Of a stretch of DNA of 64,000 nucleotides, positions 1-11,850 are shown piece after piece. The notes under the pieces were generated by a model. That model was not told the DNA's origin, made no database searches, and was given only the letters and a program-made list of their open reading frames with translations. A program made the translations under genes and the position numbers. Within the stretch, counting starts at the first letter, position 1, and each line of letters begins with the position of its first letter. The stretch comes from Felis catus. Taxonomy: Eukaryota. The stretch lies in NCBI RefSeq assembly GCF_018350175.1, contig NC_058368.1:82648001-82712000 (forward strand), in the 5' to 3' direction.

Positions 1-1959
1 AAGAGGTCACTCAGAGGGTGCACTGCCTGTGTCTGCGGAGTGGCCTCGTGCGGAGTGGCCCCGACGGAGTGGGATCCCTGTTAAGCCCACCTGGGGAACT
101 GCTTTGGACAGACTGTCAAAGAGAGAAACACACGAATGAGGAAACCAGATTAGTGGGCTTGGTCACCTGCATTTCAAGATCGTGAGACAGTTTATGCTAG
201 AGATTTCTACAATGCCCGTGAACTTACCCCACGAGCCGCTATCGAGCATGTACAGTGCGCCAAGCAGACATGTGCAGGAGGCCTGCGTGGCGCTATCAGA
301 AAGCCAGACGGCAACTTCATCCGCGGAGCAGAAAATGATTTCCTCTCGTCATGTGCTAGCTCCCTATTCTGGATTTCCTGGGGCTTCCTTTCTTAGGCTC
401 AAGTCCAAACTAGCCTGGGAAGGATGCTGGGTCATCCCGACCTTGCCCCCCCAAGGGGGGAGGGGAGGATAGGGTGGAGGGCAGACCATCACCAGCCATG
501 AGCTCATCACACAGGGCCCAGGGGACTAAATTGTGCAAGATAGGCCAGGACCCTCATTCTACCTTGGAAAAAATAGCACCTTATTTTTGGCTGGTCTTTA
601 AACTGCACAGGCCAACATGAGTGGAACATTATTATGTGTTTAATTTTACGTATCAAAGCAACTTGTTTTTCTTCATTCTTCACTGATCTCTGTTTACTCT
701 CCTCCATTAATATAATGTGGGCAAGTTTTTAGTATAAACCTAAGAGTCCATAAACACTCCCTCACCCTTGTTTGGTGTTGACCCCTCGGTAGCCCCGTGT
801 CCGTATGCAGGGAGAAGGCACTCTATAAATGACCAACGAAATTATCTAGAACTCCCAGTTAACCCCGGGGAGGGGAGAAGTCAGCTCCAGGGCTGGGGTC
901 CTCAAGCCCAGCTAGTGCCCATGTGCAGAAGGCCCCCAGGCGTGGCGTCCATTGCACAGAGGCCACCGCTGCAGGAGACACAGAGCAAGGCCTGACCGCC
1001 TGAAACACCTCCAGCCTGTGAGGCATCCCTTGCTGGTGGGTAACCTGCAACTGTGTCCAGCGACCCAGCATCTGTCCCTTGGGAAAGGTCACAGTTCACC
1101 CCGGCGTCTCCCCTCGACACGTGAATGTGGTGCCTCATATCCATCATGAGAAGGCCAGTGGGGGCCATGGGAGGTTGCTCAGCTCACAAAAGCAGGGCCT
1201 AGGGCGGGAGGAGGGTAGCTGCATGTTGTACATGCTGTCTCATCACGAGACAACTTCCTACAGTTTCCAAAATAGTTAACTGATTCATTAGTACTCACTT
1301 CCCACCATCAGGGCCTGTGCCACGGAGATAAAACCACGAAATGACCCAGAAAAACGCTACAGAATTGAAAACAACATGCCAAATAACTTCACGATGCACC
1401 TAGCGGGCAGCAAGGCCTGCTGTTTCTAGTTTCTTCCATAGCACATGCAGCCTCGTAAGAGTTGTTCTAACTACTCTAAATGCTTCATCAACTAACCTAG
1501 AACTCAGGAAAACCTCCCATTTCCTACTGCACCCGCAGGGAAAACACAGCCTCCTAACGACGTGGCACAACTGTTCCTGCAAAACTACATTTAAGGGTGA
1601 GGTTACGATTCTTGGTTAATATTTTACTTTTAAGTCACAAGCAGCTGCTTAAGGAAGATGCACAGAATGGATGGTGTTGGAAGCAGCCTGCGGTAAAGCT
1701 GGAGCTGGAGACACCTCTGGGTCCCCTTGGAGGGCAACCTGATGGGACAAGCGGGCCCCAAGGCCTGTGGGGCGGGGCAGGTAATGAAGTTGAGCCCACA
1801 GAGCCAGGAGCTCAGGGACCAGACCCCAGGTGCCCGCCACCAACTCGTGCTCTCCCAGCCTGGCCCTCTGCACAGCCACGTGCTGGACGAGACAGGGACA
1901 GGCACTCAGGCCCAGCACATCACCACCACTGTCACGCAACCCTCTTAGGAACCCTAGGA

Positions 1960-2045
1960 AACAGCCATTATTATCCTCTTTTTACAGACACAGAGAGGTT
2001 AAGTGACTTGCCAACGATCACACAGCAGGTAAGGTGCAGAGCCAA
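1960..2045 (-). mobile_element. MIR core fragment
   Basis: ATTATTATCCTCTTTTTACAGA...AGAGAGGTTAAGTGACTTGCC...TCACACAGC. Confidence 0.7.
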
Positions 2046-2319
2046 GAACGCCACCAGCTGTGTGGCCACACTGCCCCTCAGCTGCCCTTCTGGTCCACAC
2101 CCTAGACCCTCAGGCCATATCAGTTTGGTCCATGCTGCAGGGGTCTTTCCATCTGGCCAGCATGAGATCTGTCTATGCCCTGCCCCCAAGTGTGACTGAG
2201 GCACTTCAAGGCCACACTCCTGGGGAAGCAAAGAGCTAGTCAGACACAGCCTTGGTGTTCACAGGGATCCAACATGATGCCCCCAAATGTCCCCCCTCCC
2301 CACCCAGTGCTGATGTGCT

Positions 2320-2460
2320 TGGGGTGAGCACCCTATGTGCTGTCAGGGGCGAGCTGTGTGGGTGCCCCCCTCTCCCCTCCCAGCCATGACAGACAAACAC
2401 CGCCAAACATGGCCGAATGTCCCCTGGGATGCAAAACTGCCCAGGTTTAAAACCATGGCA
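2320..2460 (-). mobile_element. MER20-like fragment
   Basis: AATGTCCCCTGGGATGCAAAACTGCCCAGGTTTAAAACCA resembles the reverse of the MER20 5' end. Confidence 0.55.
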
Positions 2461-3912
2461 TTAAAGGACAAGCTGTGTGTCTGGACACGCTCCTGGAGAC
2501 CAGCGCTGCCTAGGACCAGATGTGGGTGAGCCTAGGATACCTCTTGCAGAGGTGGGGTGGAGACGATGGTAGCCTGCATGCAGGTCCAGCCCCCACCCTC
2601 TCAAGGAAGGGGCAAGGTTCACTAGTTCCCCAAGAACAAACAGTCTGAGAAAACCTTACAGGCCCCCTCTCCGTCGGGTTTTCCACTCCGCTTTCACAGG
2701 ATTGGTGACTCTGAGTAGTGTTTACTAAAAACCCAGGAAGCTAGGGGGCTGGAGCCTTCCCACTGTGCTGTCACTCAAGGCCTAGAGGCCGAGGTTGGAA
2801 AACCCCAGGATCAGGAGGACCTCCCAGAAAGGGGTGAGCCTGCTGTTCCCACATTTCCCCAGTTGGGAGCCTCAGCTCTGGAGCAGCTGAATGACTGCTT
2901 TCTTCCTCTCACTCCCATGCCCTCCCAGCAAGGACCCTGCAAACTACAGAAGGGTCTGGAGAGAAAAAAGAAACAAAGGACCCAAATCTGTGTGTTTGTA
3001 TACAGCCTGCTGCTGCCTGCGGGCCTCCGCTGTGCCACACGGTTCTGCCCTGTCCTACGGGCCCTATTTTAGCTGAAGATGGTTTGCAGCTCTGAGATGC
3101 ACATGTGTAAACACAAACGTAGGAAACACTGTCCAGTCTCCAGGCCCGTCCCTAGCCCTCCCTGCTTCTGCTCCCCACTGTGTGTCACTGCACCCTGTCT
3201 CAGGGAGTCCACGAAGCCTCCGTTACAAGACAGGGCGCTGTCACATCCTGCCAAGGAAGGGGAAGCAAATCTTCAGAGCTTCAAATGAGGGGAAGATTGC
3301 ACTTGAGAACAGATAAGCCCTTAGAGAAGGTAAAACACTGACTTGATTTTTAATTTATTTTTAAAGATAAAATAAATGCTATTCTTATTCAATGTGGCCC
3401 GTTTGCATAATGACAATCCCACATACATAGTTTCTGTCATTTCTAAGGGTTCTCTAGCTTTGGGAAGTACGCTGTCAGCATATGTAGTGTGCACACCCAA
3501 GTATCTGTGCCCCAGAGAAGTGGCAGGTCAGACCTGTCCAGTCTTCTTAGCACAAGGGAGAGCTCGCCTCCCCAAGACCTGAACATTCTCCACTCACTAT
3601 CACTCATAAATATGAGACTACTTATCCTTCAGTCTATACAACTTGGAAGGCAAGGCCTATATTTTCTCTGCATCCTGTGAAATCCCCAGTGTATATGGCT
3701 CCACAGTCCCATATGATGGTAGCAGCCAACTACCATGGGACAGTCGGAAACATCAGACCCTCTGGGTTGGCTTTGGTTAATGGTCGACCTGTGTGATTCA
3801 GAATCAACGCCTAAGCAACCCACGAGCAGTTTACAGCAGGACAAAATCTGAAAACTAACTTTTCCCCAACTAGCATTTGTGATTAATACATCAAGTCAAA
3901 CTAAAAGTTGTT

Positions 3913-4135
3913 GGGGCACCTGGGTGGCTCAGTCGGTTGAGCGTCCGACTTCAGCTCAGGTCATGACCTCGTGGTCTGTGAGTTCAAGCCCCGCATCGAG
4001 CTCTGTGCTGACAGCTCAGAGCCTGGAGCCTGCTTCAGATTCTGTGTCTTCCCCTCTCTCTGCCCCTCCCCTGCTCGTGCTCTGTCTCTCTCTGTCTCAA
4101 AAATAAATAAAAACATTAAAATAAAAAAAATAAAA
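3913..4135 (+). mobile_element. Can-SINE (SINEC_Fc)
   Basis: GGGGCACCTGGGTGGCTCAGTCGGTT head, CT-rich region and A-tail. TSD TAAAAGTTGTT. Confidence 0.95.
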
Positions 4136-5250
4136 TAAAAGTTGTTGCCATTGCCTTGCAGTGACCCAAGAAGTCCTCTGTCTGACACCTACTTCTGCAT
4201 GCCACCCTTCCTGGCTGCCACCCCTCCCACCCCAGCCCAACACGTACTTACACACCCCATAGAACCCCCCAGATTAGGTGCCTACAGAGATTTCCCCCAA
4301 CAGCCTGAAATCTCTTCTGGGAAAACAACGCCATCACCATCCTTAGGCCTCACTGACACCGAACTCCAAGCTTCTGAGTGTGAGGTGGGGCTGTGGGCCC
4401 CGTGTGCTGTGCTGCCTGCCTCTCAATGCCAAGTGCCCTCGCCAGCCTGCCAGCTGCCTTCTCTACTGCCACTTGGCAGATATAGCCTACTTTTTCAAAT
4501 CAGCGTTCGCAAATTCACAAAACCGGCCCACAGGAGAGCTGACGCAGGCTGTGGGGACAGCAGTCCAGAGAGGCCAGGGGCGCCTTCCAGAAGGAGGAGA
4601 GACACACCATTACACTGTCACTGATCACAGTGAATAACGACCAGGGGATGAGAAGGCCCGGACACTCTGCCGGCCCCTCCTGCCCCCTCCGCCCCCCTAC
4701 CCCCTTGTCCAGGAAGATAGGAAAGGGGTTCCCTGAAGAGAACACCGGGAAACACTTTAGGAAACAGTCACAAATAGAAAACCAAGATCCTGAGCAAAAA
4801 CATCATGACAAGTGGTTTTTTTCTCTCCGTGTGACCCTTTATTTCCAGTCAGGACACGCATAAACACATTCTTGGGTCCAAATGCTGAGAAAGTCTTTCT
4901 CCACACGCTTGTCGCAAGCGCTCGGAGCAGGAAATGATGAACAGAGAAAGGAATGCCAGAGTCCAGATGGATGCGGCCAGCCGGGGGCTCGGGAAGCCCA
5001 GCGGCCTCCTGCCCAGGCCTCCCTCCTTTCTCAAGGCGTCCCCTGCAGCAGGCGGCTCCGACGGAAATGGTGACCCACCGGCGAGGCCTCCTCTCCCCCA
5101 GGGAGGTGTGTGCGGGCTTCCCACCAGCAAGCCGCCAGTCCCAGGGACACGAGAGCCTGCGTTCGTGCCCCCCCCCCCCCAGTTCCCAAGCGGAAAGAAC
5201 TTCTCATCAAAACCTACAGTCGCTCAAGGACGACCTTCTCCTGGTGCCAC

Positions 5251-5380
5251 CCAGTGCTCCATGGGGAGCAGCCCCCCCCACCCCGACCCAGTGCCCCATA
5301 GGGAGCAGCGCCCCCAACCAGTGCCCCGCAGGGAGCAGGCCCCCCCACCCCGACCCGGTGCCCCGCAGGGAGCAGGTGCT
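5251..5380. repeat. GC-rich minisatellite, 4 copies (spacing 37/30/37 bp)
   Basis: Core CC[A/G]GTGC[T/C]CCnnnGGGAGCAG at 5251, 5288, 5318 and 5355. Confidence 0.9.
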
Positions 5381-5963
5381 GGGACCAACGCTGGCAATGC
5401 CCCTTGTCACGCCTCCCTGGAATGACAACCCTCGCACTCACTTCACTACATCCCCGGAGTCCCTGGAGAGGAACTGCCACCATGGGCAGCCAGCTGACAA
5501 ACAGGCCAGAAGCAAGTAGGAGAAAAAGCCACAAGAACACCCCAGGATGTGGGTCTAAAAAGCAAAGTCTTTTGATTCAAATACAAAAAATTAAAATATC
5601 AAAAACAACTGCAGAGAAAGCTCTCAAGGCAGAGAGGGGACAGGTGGGTTGTCCCAGCATGGAGGCCCCAGGTAGGCTCAGACTAGCTGTGCCCCCAAAA
5701 CACACCCGCAGACCCTGGGGGGCCAGCCCAGGGAAGCCACACCAGGCAGAAGAAAAAGGACTGATTTGCTTGAGAAACAGGAACCCTTTTTAAAGGCCAC
5801 ACACATTACCAAGGCAGGCAAGGCTGGCTCCCTGGTGCCGTGAGTCTCAGCGAACGGGGAGGAGCCATCACAAGCTAGTGGTAGGAGCCTCCCTCACGTC
5901 TGTGCCACCACTACACTGGGCACACAGCACTGCGCTTCTACCCACAGACAAGCTCTGGGGCCC

Positions 5964-6350
5964 GTGTGTGTGCCCGTGTGTGTACTGTGTGCACAGGTGT
6001 GTGTGCACGTGTGTGTCTCTGTGCGTGCGCCCATGTGTGCACATGGCTGTGCACATGGCTGTGTGTATTCTGTGCATGCGTGTGTGCATCTGTGTGTGTG
6101 CTGTGCACACATGTGGTGGGTGCCTGTGTGTGCACGTGGCTATGTGTGTGCCTGTGTGTGTATTCTGTGCCTGTGTGTGTGCTGTGTACGTGTGTGTACT
6201 GTGCACACATGTGGTGTGTGCCTGTGTATGTATTCTGTGCATGTATGCAAGCATGTGTGATGTACCTACATGTATGCATGTGTGTGTGTGCTTGTGTGCA
6301 TGTGTGGTATATGCCCATGTGTGTGTTCTGTGCATGTGTGTGCACATGCA
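5964..6350. repeat. Degenerate (TG)n/(CA)n low-complexity tract
   Basis: About 390 bp of mostly alternating purine-pyrimidine sequence with recurring GTGCAC and GCATG. Confidence 0.95.
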
Positions 6351-9322
6351 AAACCATGTTCCAACAGGAGGAGGCCTCATAAGAAAGTAAAGATGGACAG
6401 CTGCCCCTCTAAGCTAAACCCTCTACCTCATGGGGTGCAGCTCTGAGGAAAGTCCGAGAACACCTGGCCTTCCATAAGCCTGGCCAAGTCCTGGACATGC
6501 TGCATGCTGGCAGTATGTACTCTCCACATATGTACCATACGGGCAGAGTTTACTGCCCTGGAAACTCAGCCCTATAAAGTAATAAAATATCCAATTGTTT
6601 GACCCTAAGTTAAAGACTGTTTATGGCAGCCAGCCCTAGGACAGGCCAGCCTCAGCCCTGAGTGGTCTGGAATTCCCCAGTGGGGCCCTTATCCCGAAGG
6701 CCATGGGAAGACCAGGCAGGTCACAGCACCCACCCCAGACCTCAAAACAAGTAGTAAGCTTGGCCAGGTCCCCTAGGGTCTGCACACTGATGGGTTTTCC
6801 AGAACCAGCCCGTCTTCCTGGATCTCTGCTAATAGCTCTACACCACAGTCTGACCCCAGCCTTGGAAAGCCCCAGTTTAGCTGGGCCAAAATAAACAGAT
6901 GCCCAGAGGCTTAGGGGCCTGGGTCTAAATTCCCCCCTGAAGTATCGGGAGTTTAACTGCCCTGCTCAACCCATCTTCCACCTGCTACGAGGCCAGGCCC
7001 TCACTGCCTGCCTCGCCCAGAGAGCTTTCCCTGCATGAGGTAAGGTGGCAACTGGAGGAGAGAGTGGGGCCGCCCTACCAGAAGGAGCAGATGATCAGCC
7101 AGAAGCCGGAGGGCGGGAGTCAGGAGAGGCAGCGCTGCCTGGCCATGGCAGGCCTCCTTTGGAAGGAGGTCTCAGGCATTCTAGGCAGGTCAAGACACTC
7201 AGCTGGGAAGTGGCTCAGCAGGCTCTGAGCCCCTGGCTGTCCACATGTTCATGCAAAGGGGTCGCTCTGCTGAGTGAGTCCCATAAATGCTCATTTAAAG
7301 ATCCACCACGGAACAGAAGGGCTCGGGTGGGAAGGCAGATAGCTGCTGTCTGAGGAAGTAATTTGAGAACACACCCCAGAAGGCAGTTCCTTGTAAAGGA
7401 ACAAAACGCCTGGGTCTGGGGCAGATGAAGTCCCTCGCAAGCCAACACGCACAGCCACAGGCTCTCCCGCTAGTGTGATCATGGCAAAGTCACCAGCTTC
7501 TCCGAGCCTCGGAGGCGGGGGCCAGTTAAAACAGCTGTTCTGTGCTGCACAGAATCCTTACAAGATCTGACAGGGCAGTGTACTACTTTGGCGGACACGT
7601 CCACGGCTCCCTAACCAATGACTGATCTGGTGGTGTGAAAATGGACAAAATCAAACAGTCTGTTCTTGTACCTCCCAGAAGTGGATTCAGGAACAAAGAG
7701 AGAAACCACAAGAGCTAAAAAAGGAAAACGAATCTTTTTCCTCAGAAGAAAAGAAACACACGACAAAGCCACAGAGCTCTAGAGGCACATGTAACAGTCC
7801 TCCAGTCCTGCATGGGCCTGATTGTGCGGCCTCTTTTAACGGACGTGACAAGAAAGCAGGAACCAGCCCTGAGTCAGTGCACGGACAAGTGGCCCACACG
7901 AGGGTCACACCTAATCAGACCCACAGTGTAACTTAGGAGACTGTGAGTCCAAAAACAAAGCTCCAGAAAGATATACACACATAATTAACACTCTCAACTC
8001 TGTTAAGCATCCTGAAGAATCCAGAAGCCTGAGCTCAGTCCCAGGAGACCCACAGAGGGGGAAGTTGGTTCTCAGGAAAGGCCTGGAGACTTGGTCCTGC
8101 TCCTGGTGCTAAAGGAGGCATCGACGGCACCTGCAGCTGCTGAGGAGAAAATGCTGTGGTGGGTGCACCCTGTGGTGGGTGCACAGGGGTCCAGCCAGCC
8201 TGGTCGGGAAAACACTGCCAGGCGCGGGTCTCCAGGATGAGTCACCCTGAGTCTAAGAAAGACTTAGCCACTCTGTTTACCTTTGGGTTTTATCCCATTG
8301 GTGATGAGTGGGCCAAGATAGAACAATGCTTCATATTTTGGAAATTATTCAGACAACAGGAACAGAAACAATATGAAGAGGAAAGAGCAGGCACTAGCGT
8401 CATTCCTCAACAGACAACAGTGAAGGGTACTATGGTCTGTTGTGTTTCTAGAAAAGATTCTGATTTACAGCGTAACCCTGAGCACAGATTCCAGCCTCCT
8501 CCCAACCATTGGAGGAGCGGGCTGCCCCTCACAGTGTGGGTCAGGTGCGTGGGACGAGGCGGCATGGGTCAGGTGTGAGATGTGGCACTTACCAGCTGAC
8601 TCTAGGGCCAGGATGCCGCTGTCCCCAGAAAAGGATTCAAGCTTACTCAAAAACTGAACCAGGAATGCCAAATTTCAAGATGAACAGAGCCACAGCCCCA
8701 GGGAGCTCAGCTCTGTGTACAGAAACACACCTCGGCTTTCAGATGCTCATCAAACAAGGAATCACTATCTTTGATCCCACAGTCAGCTTGATAATCCACC
8801 ACTCCCAGCAAAGACTAAATACTCCAACCTAAAGCTTCCCAGATGCTGAGGCCCTGGTGGCCCCTGAGTCTGACCTGACAACCCTCTTGTGAGAACCACT
8901 TCCTGTGTTCTATCCCACAGGGCAAGCTGGGAAGCCAAGATGCGGGGCCATTCATCTCCTTATTGCTAAAGATGATCCCGGGCCTGCATTTATACCAAAG
9001 CTGGAATGTGCTGACCGTTCATTCTGAACGCTGCCTCACACTTAGAGAAAAGTACTGGGCCATCTGTTGTGACGAAATTCCCTTGCATCCATGTCAATTT
9101 CTCTGAGGGGCCAGGCTGACCGGAGGCCCGTCACAAGCCAGCCCCTGCCCAGGGCTCCGACAGACTTACCTTTGCCCCACTGTCTTGTTCACTGGTTCCC
9201 AACTTCAAGGGCAACCCCGCCCCAGACTCTCCCTCACCTCTCAGCAATCTAGGCAAGTTATTTTACCTTTCTGGGCCTTTCCTCTCCAGAAAGTTCTTTC
9301 CATTTTAAAGTTGTGATTTTTA

Positions 9323-9556
9323 TTTTTTTTTATTTCTTTTATTTTTTTTTTTAATTTTTAATGTTTATTTTTTGAGAGAGACAGAGACAGAGCAGGAGCA
9401 GGGAGGGGCACAGAGAGGGGGAGACAGAATCCGAAACAGTCTCCAGGCTCTGAGCTGTCAGCACAGAGCCTGACGCGGGGCTCGAACTCACAAACCGTGA
9501 GATCATGACCTGAGCCGAAGTCGGATGCCCAACCGACTGAGCCACCCAGGCACTCC
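9323..9556 (-). mobile_element. Can-SINE
   Basis: Full reverse copy. TSD AAAGTTGTGATTTTTA. Confidence 0.95.
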
Positions 9557-10946
9557 AAAAGTTGTGATTTTTAGACTCTTCATTTGCCAATCTATATACA
9601 TAAATCCACATGCCTGAGTAATAGTAACGCCCTTGATTTTCTGAAACCGATCTTTTCTTTTTCACTCACTTTCCTCTTCCACACTTCCCACCACAGGGAG
9701 CCCAGCCGATAGGCTTATGTGGAACTTTATCTCCATATCTGCACGTGCGTATCTGTGTTGTACTATTCTTTAAGAGGAATATCTTGGTAGATTCTTCTGC
9801 ATTTTGTTTTTCTTTCTAGTCATACCCCATGGAACTTCCTGCACGTCACATGGCCTGGCCTGGCTCTAACTCATTCTTCTGAAAGCTGAATAATATTCCA
9901 CACTGTGGAAGCCCCATAATAGAATCACCCTTTGAAGCGGCATTTACTTCGTTTCCACATTGCGCTATTGTTCATTCAACAGTGGGCTGTGGTGGTGCGC
10001 CAGGCAGTGACCCTTCGCATACACCCCCACCAGCTGGTCAAAGCAGTCTGTCCTGCGGTCAGCCCCTCCTCCACTGTTACAGACCCCCGTTCTGACGTCG
10101 GGGCGCAAAACACCAGACCATCAGTGAAGACTTCCTGCTCAGGCACCAGGATCTCCCCTCTCCTCTCGAGCGTCAGACCATCCAGGGGTGATAAGCACCA
10201 CAAGACAGGACATCAGGTCCCCACAAGGCTCGCCCAGAGTCCGGAGGCCTGTCAGCACACAGCATTGGCTGTGCTGGCCGCGCTCGCCAACCATGTTGTC
10301 TCCCCACCCCAGCACGTCCACGCAAGTCTACGCCACATGCTGACTGCACACTTCTCACCGGGCAGGTTCACACCTTTCCTGATATTGCCCACGTGCAAAC
10401 ACACACGTGAAAGTCCAGCTCTCTCTTCCTGATGAATCTGCCTTAATTGGAGCTAGCTCCACTCTGTCACCTGAGTTACAGGAGAGCCTCAAACTGCACT
10501 GGCAGGAACACCCAGAAAGATCGAGCAGTGAAAGTGCCTTTGCTCACACATCCTCATTAAGCACCACAAAAACAGCCTTACTCTCCACTCTGACAAAGGA
10601 AGAAACTGAGGCAGACAGAGTTTGGGAGATTCTGCTAAAGTCACAGAATCAGTGAGAAACACAGGTGGGACTCACTCTGGAGTCTGGGATCCCAAGTGCC
10701 CTTAGTCATACCCTCCTCTTCTAGCTGATTCCCAGAGGCTTTTGTCCCTACAGCACCCAGGGATGCTTGTCTGTGCCCACAGTGGCCTGAACCCACCTCC
10801 AAGATCATTAGGAAGTAGGGGGTGTGCACTCATAGCCTCACTTCCAAGGGCAAATTGCAAACCTCAATTCTCCGGCATTACCAGATAGCACTTCCGCTTG
10901 TTTCTAGCAAATACACCCATCTCCTTTCTAAACATGTGCACGTCAA

Positions 10947-11180
10947 GGGCGCCTGGGTGGCTTAGTCGGTTGAGCGTCTGACTGTGGCTCACGTCATGAT
11001 CTCACGGTTCATGGGTTCGAGCCTGGTGTCGGACTCTGTGCTGACGGCTCGGAGCCTGGAGCCTGCTTTGGATTCTGTGGTTTCCCTCTCTCTCTGCCCC
11101 TCCCCTGCTCATGTGCTCTCTCTCTCTCTAGCTCTCTCTTGCTCCCTCTCTCAAAAATAAATAAATGCTGAAAAAAAATT
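10947..11180 (+). mobile_element. Can-SINE
   Basis: Full copy. Imperfect TSD AAA[C/T]ATGTGCAC[G/A]TC. Confidence 0.95.
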
Positions 11181-11719
11181 TAAATATGTGCACATCTATG
11201 ACTAAAACATGATGTGTGATGCTCTGATTCCCCAGTGCCTTCAGGAAGGTGTAAGTGTTCACATACTCAAATGCCTCATTAGTTTCAGAGGAGCAAATCC
11301 AAACGTTCCTACCAAATGCCACCTTCCAGCCAAGTGATTCTACCTTCGGGAGCCAATGCTCTGCTCACCTGCCCGATGCCTTCTCCCAAACGTATGGGCT
11401 GCCAGTGAACCTGCTTAACGAGCCATCTCTGGATTTCTGTGCTTAAGACCCCATCACCACAATTCCCCTCCTCTCCAATGTCTACCTCGGCAGCCTCTAG
11501 TCAATGACCACAAGTCTCAGAACAACCAGGCCGGTGTTCCTGGCTGATCACCCACGAAAGACTGTGGCCCTGTCCCCCCACCTCATGAACATCAGCTGCC
11601 TGCTGGCCCTAAAACTCAGCACTGCTCTGCTTCCCAGCACTTCACTGTACCCCTACCACTCAAACCCAAGATCACACAGAAAGACAGACCATAACAAGTG
11701 GTGTGGAGAACAAGAACGT

Positions 11720-11850
11720 CACATAAACATGGATTTAAACCTCAGCTCTCTCTTACAGGCTAGGTGACTTTGGTTAACTTACAGGAGTCTCCCTCAACTT
11801 CAATGTCATGGAGTTGTGAGAATTAAAACGAGTTAATACACGTAAACTAG
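11720..11850 (+). mobile_element. MIR fragment
   Basis: GGATTTAAACCTCAGCTCT...GTGACTTTGG...GTTGTGAGAATTAAA...TAATACACGTAAA. Confidence 0.6.

Noticed and set aside
36..75. Short CGGAGTGG triplet and similar tiny duplications (8156, 39109, 40920)
   Set aside because: These are ordinary slippage duplications with no further structure.
3913..3990. tRNA gene calls at SINE heads
   Set aside because: The A/B boxes belong to tRNA-derived Can-SINEs with CT regions, tails and TSDs.
5251..5380. CRISPR-like look (palindromic repeat plus spacers)
   Set aside because: Spacers are only 9-16 bp and repeat each other, there are no cas genes, and the context is a mammalian intron.
5868..6390. Cys/Val-rich and His/Thr-rich ORFs
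   Set aside because: They are translations of the TG/CA tract.
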